From: an archaeon
GTDB lineage: Archaea; Thermoplasmatota; Thermoplasmata; WALJ01
Reading direction: 5' to 3'
NCBI GenBank assembly: GCA_024278375.1
Contig: JAJRTH010000075.1
Location: forward strand, 1-52,584
Length of the DNA stretch: 52,584 nt
Every line of letters begins with the position of its first letter. The first letter of the stretch is position 1. Shown piece after piece: positions 38,626 through 46,622 of the stretch. A program made the translations under genes and the position numbers. The notes under the pieces were generated by a model. It did no database searches. It was not told where the DNA came from and saw only the letters and a list, made by a program, of their open reading frames with translations.

Positions 38626-39345
38626 ATGAGACCGAAAACGGGGATAATAAGCGGTTCAGGGGCCTATGAACTCGGGGCGAACGTTCTCGAAGAATGTGAA
38701 GCAGAAACACCGTACGGAAGACCGTCTTCCAAAATCCAGATAGTGGAAGCAGGGAAGAACAGGGCAGCGTTCATAAGAAGACACGGGCCCGAGCATACCA
38801 TTCCGCCGCACAGAATAAACCACAGGGCGAACATATACGCGCTCCATTCTCTCGGTGTTGAAAATATCATATCGATAGGTTCCGTGGGGAGCCTCAAAGA
38901 GTGGATTAAGCCGCCCGCAGTCGTAATTCCGGAAGATTACATCAGTCCTTTCAGGGTCGATACATTTTTCGACGATAGAGTGGAGCACATAACGCCGGGA
39001 TTCAGTGAGGAGCTCAGGAATTCGCTGAAGGAGAGCGCTCTCTCGCTGGATATGGAGGTACATTTCGGCGGTGTTTATCTCCAGACACTTGGACCAAGGC
39101 TGGAAACAAAGGCGGAGATACGCATGTATTCCAGATTTGCCGATATTGTCGGAATGACCGTGGGAAGTGAGGGCACATTATCGCAGGAACTGGGCATCAA
39201 ATTCGCTGCGATATGCTCGGTTGACAACTATGCCCATGGAATAGGTGGGGTGATTCCAGATTTTCAGGAGATACTGAAAAGAGCGAAAGCAAACCAGGAA
39301 AAAACCAAGGCAATAGTCCTGAATTTCCTTGAAAAATATCAGTAA
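38626..39345 (+). CDS. MTAP-family purine nucleoside phosphorylase
   Basis: TPYGRPS, RHG..H..PPH, GPRLET.AE, VGMT and VDNYA. Confidence 0.88.
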   Translation: MRPKTGIISGSGAYELGANVLEECEAETPYGRPSSKIQIVEAGKNRAAFIRRHGPEHTIPPHRINHRANIYALHSLGVENIISIGSVGSLKEWIKPPAVVIPEDYISPFRVDTFFDDRVEHITPGFSEELRNSLKESALSLDMEVHFGGVYLQTLGPRLETKAEIRMYSRFADIVGMTVGSEGTLSQELGIKFAAICSVDNYAHGIGGVIPDFQEILKRAKANQEKTKAIVLNFLEKYQ

Positions 39346-39424
39346 AGAATCTTAGGTAGGGATTGGGGAAACAATGCTCATTTACTCTGGACTTTTTGTC
39401 GAATAGAAAAACCGTGGCAAAGAA

Positions 39425-39498
39425 TGGACCGAGCGGGATTTGAACCCGCGGCCTCCACGTTGCAAGCGTGGCGATCTTCCGAGCTGATCTATCGGCCC
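39425..39498 (-). tRNA. tRNA-Ala(TGC)
   Basis: GGGCCGA...CCACG-CTTGCAA-CGTGG...GGTTCAAATCC...TCGGTCCA with G3:U70. Confidence 0.95.
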
Positions 39499-39526
39499 AA
39501 TACGATTGTTAAGAATGTTGGAGAGA

Positions 39527-39630
39527 TTGCAAGCGTGGCGATGAGCAACGATAGTTGCGAACATGTCTCTTGAGGATAAGAGAGCATGTCTTCAGAGCTG
39601 ATCTATCGGCCCATTTTGATATTGGACCGA
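39527..39630 (-). repeat. Interrupted partial copy of tRNA-Ala in its own upstream spacer
   Basis: 39527-39542 = 39460-39475; 39589-39613 = 39475-39499 (1 mismatch); 39623-39630 = 39425-39432. Confidence 0.8.
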
Positions 39631-39646
39631 TGAGAAGCAGAATTAG

Positions 39647-39720
39647 TGGGCCCGTCCGGATTTGAACCGGAGACCTCCGCCGTGTCAAGGCGACGTCATA
39701 ACCAACTAGACCACGGGCCC
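39647..39720 (-). tRNA. tRNA-Val(GAC)
   Basis: GGGCCCG...TCGCC-TTGACAC-GGCGG...GGTTCAAATCC...CGGGCCCA. Confidence 0.95.
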
Positions 39721-39781
39721 AAGCGGTTTTAGCATATCCGTGGCCATCGGGTGCGGCACTTTCATGAGGAATTTTCGTAAG

Positions 39782-39797
39782 CAACTAGACCACGGGC
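39782..39797 (-). repeat. 16-nt copy of the tRNA-Val 5' end
   Basis: caactagaccacgggc identical to 39703-39718. Confidence 0.8.
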
Positions 39798-39854
39798 AAT
39801 TGTGTCCCGGCAGGCTCGATTAAAGCCTTTTTATTTCAAAGTTTCGGTTCTGCT

Positions 39855-41546
39855 TCACATCCTCTCCAGAGTACCTATCCCGAGCGCATCCATGCCCTCT
39901 TTCATAACCTTTCCGAACGCCTCTACGAGAGTCAATCTTGAACTTCTGGCAGGCTCTTCGGCGTCAATTACCCTGTGATCCCTGTAAAAGGCATTGAAAA
40001 GGGATGACAACTCTCTCAGGTACTGGGCAACTGTGTGCGCTCTTCTTTTATCGGCTGATCTCTCTATAATGTCAGGGAACTCTGCCAGTTTCATTACGAG
40101 ATCAAATTCCCCGTTTTCCGTGAATTTGTGGTTGTGGTCAAATTCTCCTGCTTTTCTGAGTATGCTCGAGGCTCTTGCATAGGAATACTGGATGAACGGA
40201 GCGCTGTCTCCATCGAAATTGAGCGCATCTTCCCATCTGAAGACTATCTGTTTCTCCGCCTGTACCTTCACTATGTTATATCTTATCGCAGAGGCTCCGA
40301 TGGTCTCGGCTATTTCCCTCATCTCCTCCTCGCTCAGGTCGTCCCTTCTCTTTCGCACCTCTTCGTATGCCCTTTCGACCGTCTCGTTAATCAGGTCATC
40401 GAGATATACCACCGTGCCTTTTCTTGTGCTCATCTTCCCTTCGGGGAGGGAAACAAATGCATAGAAGATGACCTCCGGGGTCTTGTATCCGAGTATTTCA
40501 AGTATTATCGAGACTGCCTTGGACTGGAGTTTGTGGTCCTCACCCAGTATATCTATTAGTCTGTCCGCCCTTTTGAGCTTATCAATGTGGTAGGCAACAT
40601 CTCTTGTCGTGTAGAGGGTCGTGCCGTCTGAACGGGTTATGAAAAACCTCGTGTCCTTTCCTTTTACGCCGTAATCGGCAAGGTCGATGTAAAGAGCTCC
40701 CCCCTCCTCACGTAGTGCTCCTTTTTCTCCGAGCGATTTCACAACTTCTTTCACCTTTCCCGAGAAGACTATATCAGATTCGTATGCCAGATTGTCTATC
40801 TCTATTCCGAGCCTTCTGAGACTCTCCAGTATGCCGCACATCATTTCATTTACTGTATCCCGCACCTTTTCTTTTATCTCCGGGTCCCCGTTTTCATATC
40901 TTCTTATCCACTCCGAAACGCTCTCTTTGACGGATTCGTCTCTTTCCATGAGTTCGTTTACCTTCTGATAGTGTCTCACGTAGACATAATCGGCTCTCTC
41001 TCCATTTTTTGCCTTTCCGAAGCGCTCCACACCCCATGCTACCATCACGGCCTGTCTTCCGATATCGTCCACATAGTACTCCGTCTCGACGTCGTATCCT
41101 GCTTTTCTCAGTATTCTTGCGAGAGTGTCTCCGATTATCGGGTTCCTCGCCCTCCCGACATGCAGCGGTCCCGTGGGGTTCGCGCTCGTATGTTCCAGGA
41201 GTATCTTTATTCCTTTCTTCTCACCTCTGCCATAGTCCTCGTTATCTATGATCTCTTTGACGACAAAAGCCGAGAATTCTCTTTGGTCTATGAAGAAATT
41301 GAGATATGGACCGTAAGCCCTGGCCTCTGCGATGTATTCGACCGGTTTGAACGATGATTCGAGAGATTTTGCCACATCCACAGGGCCCATGTTGGCATAT
41401 TTTGCCATCTGGAAACACGGCATCGCAAGGAAACCTTTTCCCTCAGGCGCTCTCTGGAAATCGACACTTTCGGTGAAATTTATGGATTTAAGCCCTTCTT
41501 CGATGGAGAGGAGCGCATTTCTCCGTAGCACTTCCATCGGATTCAT
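39855..41546 (-). CDS. argS: Arginine--tRNA ligase
   Basis: EHTSANPTGPLHVGRARN, GKMSTRKG and APFIQYSYARASSIL. Confidence 0.96.
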   Translation of the reverse strand: MNPMEVLRRNALLSIEEGLKSINFTESVDFQRAPEGKGFLAMPCFQMAKYANMGPVDVAKSLESSFKPVEYIAEARAYGPYLNFFIDQREFSAFVVKEIIDNEDYGRGEKKGIKILLEHTSANPTGPLHVGRARNPIIGDTLARILRKAGYDVETEYYVDDIGRQAVMVAWGVERFGKAKNGERADYVYVRHYQKVNELMERDESVKESVSEWIRRYENGDPEIKEKVRDTVNEMMCGILESLRRLGIEIDNLAYESDIVFSGKVKEVVKSLGEKGALREEGGALYIDLADYGVKGKDTRFFITRSDGTTLYTTRDVAYHIDKLKRADRLIDILGEDHKLQSKAVSIILEILGYKTPEVIFYAFVSLPEGKMSTRKGTVVYLDDLINETVERAYEEVRKRRDDLSEEEMREIAETIGASAIRYNIVKVQAEKQIVFRWEDALNFDGDSAPFIQYSYARASSILRKAGEFDHNHKFTENGEFDLVMKLAEFPDIIERSADKRRAHTVAQYLRELSSLFNAFYRDHRVIDAEEPARSSRLTLVEAFGKVMKEGMDALGIGTLERM

Positions 41547-42130
41547 TCAGAACCTCCGTCCGTTTTTTCCCTAGGCTCCTTTTCCTCATAGTATATGCTC
41601 ATTTCTGCAATCTTTATGTCCATTCTCCTGCGCTCCAGATAGTGATAAACCGTAGAATGCTCGCTTCCGCTAAGAAGCATGGTTATCGCATTTCTGGCTA
41701 TGTCTATCTCCAGAAAATCCCCGATTATGCTCACTGTGTTCCCGTAAACAGAGACATCGGCACCGCTGAGCTCCTCTATTAGTCTGCGGGTCTTGCCTCG
41801 AGTACCTATCAGCCTCCCCCTAACTCTTCTAACAGAGTTCTTCTTTTTTCCGGCAAATTCCCTTATGTCTATGACTTCGAGAAAAACATCATCGTCAACC
41901 AGCCTCATGGCTTTCTCTGGGGAAAAGCCTCTTCCAACGGCCCGGACTATGTTAAAGGCCTTGAGACCCCCCATCGGATCTTCCGCCTCCGATTCGTCTA
42001 TGCTTATGTCCCCGTCTTTGGAGTCTATGTAAAGATGAACACCCGTCCTTTCTTAAATCTCCTTTTTTACGGAGCCTTTCCTGCCTATGACGACAGCAAG
42101 CCTCTCCTTGGGAACCTTTATGTAATGCAT
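41543..42130 (-). CDS. KH-domain pre-rRNA processing protein Dim2/Pno1 (in-frame TAA at 42053-42055)
   Basis: MHYIKVPKERLAVVIGRKGSVKKEI*ERTGV...RGFSPEKA...GRLIGTRGKTR; the ATG overlaps the RIO1 stop. Confidence 0.88.
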
Positions 42131-42891
42131 TAACCCCTCACCTCCCTCAGGATCTTATCTTTATCTGTCTCTACTCCAAGCTTTCCGAAGTACCTTGCCA
42201 CGTTTTTCGCATCCCTTACGAGCAGCTCCTCTGCCGAAGGATGTTTAAGATGCACCGCCTGAGCGACATCTATGAGCACGAACTCATCTCCGTTGAGCAA
42301 TATATTGTATTCACTTATGTCCCCGTGCACCAGTCTAGCCTCTTTATAGGTTTTTCTCATGGAATCCACGGTGAAACGATAGGCTTCTTCCGGGTCGAAG
42401 TCCGAGTCTTTAAGAAGGGGGGCGGGCCTCTCCTGCGTTCCTATGTATTCCATGACCAGCACATTGTTTCTCTGGACTATTGGCCTAGGAACTCTCACAC
42501 CAGCCGCAATCATCCTTTCCAGATTGTTGAACTCCTTGCCGGCCCACCTGTACACCAGCTTTCTCCTGTCCTTCGTTACCCCCCTGAACCTCGGGTCACC
42601 CTGGATGTAGAGCGCCATTTTCCTGAAATTGCTCGTTGCGATGCGGTATATCTTTATCGCTATGTTGTTTCCCTTTTTATCGATACCTCTGAACACATTT
42701 CCCTCCTTGCCAGTGGATATCGGAAAATCCACAATATCTATGTAGCCGCGGGACATGAGGGCATATATCGCCATTATAGTCGAATCGTCGAAAACCTCTG
42801 AGAATGTCTTCCTGTACTCACTATCGTGCTCCACTCTTTTGGCATGTGATATCCTCGACTCAACGTAGTTTATCGCCTCTTCTTTCTTCAT
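42130..42891 (-). CDS. rio1: RIO1 serine/threonine kinase
   Basis: ISTGKEGNVF, AIKIYR, LVHGDISEYNIL and IDVAQAV. Confidence 0.93.
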   Translation of the reverse strand: MKKEEAINYVESRISHAKRVEHDSEYRKTFSEVFDDSTIMAIYALMSRGYIDIVDFPISTGKEGNVFRGIDKKGNNIAIKIYRIATSNFRKMALYIQGDPRFRGVTKDRRKLVYRWAGKEFNNLERMIAAGVRVPRPIVQRNNVLVMEYIGTQERPAPLLKDSDFDPEEAYRFTVDSMRKTYKEARLVHGDISEYNILLNGDEFVLIDVAQAVHLKHPSAEELLVRDAKNVARYFGKLGVETDKDKILREVRG

Positions 42892-42894
42892 GTC

Positions 42895-43263
42895 TTAAAA
42901 CACATCTAAAACGGAGGGTATATATCCCTTTCTTTTCATTGCATTTGCCTGTGTCTGATTGTATCTATATAGTATGTCTGCTTTTTCTGGCTGAAAATCC
43001 CAGGGTTTTACTATTAGAAGATCTCCTTCTTTGACCCACATCCTTTTCCTGTGTTTTCCTTTTATCCTCCCCATCCTCGAGATTCCGTCCTCACAAACAA
43101 CTTCTATATGGGAGGCACCGTGCAGCTTGTTGGCTATTGCCAGCAGCTCGCCTTTTTTCCTGTTTGGAAGGGGAAATCGGACATATGTTTCCATTTCGTT
43201 TCCGTTTTGTTGCGTCACAATTATCCAGCATATGTTGTTATTCGGGTATATATAGATTTCCAT
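42895..43263 (-). CDS. eif1a: Translation initiation factor aIF-1A (true start probably downstream, e.g. GTG 43218)
   Basis: VVCEDG..RMGRIKGK.RKRMWVKEGD..IVKPWDFQ..KADI..RY. Confidence 0.9.
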   Translation of the reverse strand: MEIYIYPNNNICWIIVTQQNGNEMETYVRFPLPNRKKGELLAIANKLHGASHIEVVCEDGISRMGRIKGKHRKRMWVKEGDLLIVKPWDFQPEKADILYRYNQTQANAMKRKGYIPSVLDVF

Positions 43264-43281
43264 GAGACCTTTTCAGAATCT

Positions 43282-45207
43282 CTATTCGTTTGATGTGGAA
43301 TGCGATGCATCCGAGAGGAAATTCTCTACATCCTTTCTGGGATGCTCGGTTTTTCTCATATCTATCCGGTCTATCAGCTGAACGGCTCTTCTGTCCAGTA
43401 TAACAGCAACTCCTCTGTCTTTTTCCGTCCTTATGAGCCGGCCTATGGTCTGTAAAAGCTTCCTTATTGTCGGCGCTCTAACCGTATATTCCCAGCCTTT
43501 TCCGAACTTAATGTCATAATAGCGTTCCATTGCTCTCTGTTTTGCTGTTGGTTTTGGATATGGCAAGCCGATTATGACCACAACTTCCAGAGAGTCCTCG
43601 GGAAAGTCTATACCCTCGCTTATCCTTCCACCCATCACCGCCATCAGAACACTGTCCCGGTCAGTCCTGAAGCGCTCCACCTTTGCCATGATATCCGGTG
43701 TCGACTCGCCCCTTTTCTCTGTATGAACCTTTTTTCCTGTCGAAGCCAGGCGCATATGCCACCCGTCTTCCAGAAACCTGTCCATCATCGAAAAGCTGGG
43801 AAAGAAAACAGCGACATTCCTTCCCCGGAGAGAGGCGATTTCCAGGGAAAGCTCCTCCAGAACGGATACGTTTGCACTGTTCTTCCTCATCTCCTCATAC
43901 CTTGTTGTTGCCGCAGGACTATACAGAATAAGCCGATTCTCTGCCGGAAAGGGAGATTTCACCCTCATTATCTCCGTGTCGAACGACAGACCTATGGTAT
44001 CTCGGTACTCCTCCATCGGTTCGAGGGTTCCCGACATATGGACACTGGCGTGTGCGAGATTCAGAACGTCTGTGGCCAGAGATGCATCCATGCAGTATGC
44101 CTCGAGCCTCGGGTTTTTCCCTCCTTTTATGAGCTTTATATATTCGTTCGCCTCCAGATGTGTCCAGAAGGATATGAAATCGCCGAGGACATAGATGTAT
44201 GACCTCGGGAGCTTCCCTTCCTCCTTCCTCTTCTCCCTTATTATATCCCCGAAGTTCATCAGGTTGGATGCCATGAGGTCTATCTTTCTAGAATTTATCT
44301 TCAGTTCTGACATGAGTTCCTCCTCGAATGCTCCCGGAGGGATGAAGGAGTCCTCCTCGCCTTTCGGGATGTACTCTTCGGTCATGGCACTTATGATGTT
44401 CTTTACGATATCTATCACATCCGCCACGCTCGTACCGTCGAGAACCTCCGGGTCTCCGAAGCGTTTCACCTCACCGTAAGCATTGGAAAGGCTCCTTATG
44501 CTCAGGTCCGCGGATATCAGTTCCCTTGCGAACTCTGGGAGGTTATGTGCCTCGTCCACTATGACTATCAGGTCTTTTATTGAGACCGCCATCCAGGAAA
44601 GAAGGGCCCTCCGTATGTTGGGATTGAAGAAGTAGATGTACGGTGCGGAAACGAGGATGGCTCCATTCATAAGCTCCTTATTTGCTTCATATGGACATAT
44701 TCTTTCCTCCAGGCAGAATTTCACGAACTCTCCTGCTGTAGGGGTCTCGTCGGCAACCCATCTCCTTAGCTCTTTTATGTCGTATTCGACAGTCTCTGCG
44801 TAGTAGGGACAGGCCTCATCCTCGCCTTTGAGCACCCTTCTCTTCCGCTCGGAACAGAGCTTTGCCAGCTCTTCCGCAGTCCCCTTTTTAAGATCGTCAT
44901 CCTTCATCGCGAGAGGGCACATGTTCGCCCTTCCCTGGAGAACTATGCCGTATATCGCCGATTTGTTGACCTTCTTTATTTCTCTGAGTTCTGCCATTAC
45001 CTGGTCCTGCTGGCTGTTTGTTCTTGTTAAGTACAGGACCTTCTTACCGTTATTTATTGCATATTCGAGAGATGGATGGAGAGCGCTCACCGTCTTTCCC
45101 GTGCCTGTTCCAGCCTCGGCTATCAGGTGTCTTTCCTCAGATATCGTCCGGTATATGGTTTCCATGAACTCTTTCTGGCCTTCTCTCGGCTCGTACGGGA
45201 ATTCCAC
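43282..45207 (-). CDS. xpd: XPD/Rad3-family Fe-S DNA helicase
   Basis: PYEPREGQ, AGTGTGKT, Fe-S Cys, DEAHN, SGTL, SEGIDF and QTIGRLIR. Confidence 0.9.
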   Translation of the reverse strand: MEFPYEPREGQKEFMETIYRTISEERHLIAEAGTGTGKTVSALHPSLEYAINNGKKVLYLTRTNSQQDQVMAELREIKKVNKSAIYGIVLQGRANMCPLAMKDDDLKKGTAEELAKLCSERKRRVLKGEDEACPYYAETVEYDIKELRRWVADETPTAGEFVKFCLEERICPYEANKELMNGAILVSAPYIYFFNPNIRRALLSWMAVSIKDLIVIVDEAHNLPEFARELISADLSIRSLSNAYGEVKRFGDPEVLDGTSVADVIDIVKNIISAMTEEYIPKGEEDSFIPPGAFEEELMSELKINSRKIDLMASNLMNFGDIIREKRKEEGKLPRSYIYVLGDFISFWTHLEANEYIKLIKGGKNPRLEAYCMDASLATDVLNLAHASVHMSGTLEPMEEYRDTIGLSFDTEIMRVKSPFPAENRLILYSPAATTRYEEMRKNSANVSVLEELSLEIASLRGRNVAVFFPSFSMMDRFLEDGWHMRLASTGKKVHTEKRGESTPDIMAKVERFRTDRDSVLMAVMGGRISEGIDFPEDSLEVVVIIGLPYPKPTAKQRAMERYYDIKFGKGWEYTVRAPTIRKLLQTIGRLIRTEKDRGVAVILDRRAVQLIDRIDMRKTEHPRKDVENFLSDASHSTSNE

Positions 45208-45361
45208 GGTTGAAAAGGAGAGGAGGTATTAATAAAGGTTTGAGAGGGTCGGGTGAAAGTATGGTTTTTGAAAATGCATATGGCATATCTGTCCGCCAAA
45301 ACTTTTTAAACCCCTTCAAATTGAGCACCATGCCAAATCATAGGCTCACGGAGGAAAAAAG

Positions 45362-45994
45362 ATGATCGAGGCCACTCTGGCCGTGAAAATGACGGAGAGC
45401 TGGATAAGGGACATCCTTTTGAAGTATCCTGTGACCATAAAGTTTCTCGGCTGGCTGCCTTCTGGAAATAGTGAGGGTGGAAAGAGCCTTATCGAGATAA
45501 GGGGTCCCGAGGACACAATTGTTGATGTTTCGGAATCTCTCAAAGATAACCCCTTCATCTGTAATATACAGGTCTCAAAGGTGGGAAAGGGGAGCATGCT
45601 TGGAACCGTGGAGCTCAATAAATGCGCCATATGTAAGGCGATTCCCGATACGGACTGTTTTCTCACTCACGGAGTCACCACGGAAGACGGTGCTCTTCTT
45701 CTCAGAGTAATGGCTGGTGAGAGGAAGAATCTCAGGCAGTTCATCACTAAACTGGAGGATGATGGCTGCGAGGTTCGGATAATATCCCTCAGAGACCCGG
45801 AAAAAGAGGACCTGCTCACCGAGAGGCAGGAGGAAATCCTAAGAACAGCATATGAGATGGGCTATTTCGAATATCCAAAGAGGGTTAACATAAAGACCCT
45901 GGCCGAGAGGCTGGGAATGTCCATATCCACTCTCTCGGAGATGCTGAGAAAAAGCGAAAAAAAGGTGCTGGAATACTATTTTTCAGCAAAATGA
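45362..45994 (+). CDS. Bat-like (HTH_10) transcriptional regulator
   Basis: LTERQEEILRTAYEMGYFEYPKR...LAERLG...LSEMLRKSEKK. Confidence 0.88.
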   Translation: MIEATLAVKMTESWIRDILLKYPVTIKFLGWLPSGNSEGGKSLIEIRGPEDTIVDVSESLKDNPFICNIQVSKVGKGSMLGTVELNKCAICKAIPDTDCFLTHGVTTEDGALLLRVMAGERKNLRQFITKLEDDGCEVRIISLRDPEKEDLLTERQEEILRTAYEMGYFEYPKRVNIKTLAERLGMSISTLSEMLRKSEKKVLEYYFSAK

Positions 45995-46620
45995 TGTATT
46001 TCCGCGCTTATCTGTTCTTCTATCTCTATAACTGCAAAATTTCCGTTCTTCACCGGTCCGGGATTTACAAACAGAATGCCGCCATGTTCCTCGATGCCGG
46101 GAGACTCGTGTATGTGTCCGAAAAGAGCCATTCTCGGCCTGTGTTTTTCGATTATTTTTCTTATGGATTCGCTGCCTCCTCTGTGGCCGAACATCGTTTT
46201 GTCAAGGATCCCGAAGGGTGGTGTATGAGTCACCAGAATATCCGTACCCGGGGCAATTGCATCCAGAATCGTGTATATGTTCTTCTCCGAATATGTGAAA
46301 AGCGTTGAAAAGGGCAACGGATTGGATGCGCCGAGACCTGCGAAGACAACACCCTCTATTTCCGCCCTTTTACCGTGTATATCAACGGTTTCGGTTTCTT
46401 CGAATATATCAACGATGTCCGGAAGGTCACAGTTTCCGGGAACCGCCGCTTTTTTGCCCGGTATTTTCGAAAGTATCCTTTTCGCATCGTCTTTCGTCCC
46501 GAAATGCGTTATATCACCGGAAATTACCGTCAGATCGGGGCCAATCTCCCTTATCTCTCCGGCTAAAACCCGAACGGCTTTCATCGAAGCGTGGATATCC
46601 GAGACGGCGACCATCTTCAT
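45976..46620 (-). CDS. Calcineurin-like metallophosphoesterase
   Basis: SDIH, GDIT, PGNCD, THTPP, GHIHE and NPG. Confidence 0.9.
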   Translation of the reverse strand: MKMVAVSDIHASMKAVRVLAGEIREIGPDLTVISGDITHFGTKDDAKRILSKIPGKKAAVPGNCDLPDIVDIFEETETVDIHGKRAEIEGVVFAGLGASNPLPFSTLFTYSEKNIYTILDAIAPGTDILVTHTPPFGILDKTMFGHRGGSESIRKIIEKHRPRMALFGHIHESPGIEEHGGILFVNPGPVKNGNFAVIEIEEQISAEIHHFAEK

Positions 46621-46622
46621 GC

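Noticed and set aside
41543-43263. aIF1A-RIO1-KH cluster as a novel system
   Set aside because: Well-known conserved archaeal neighbourhood
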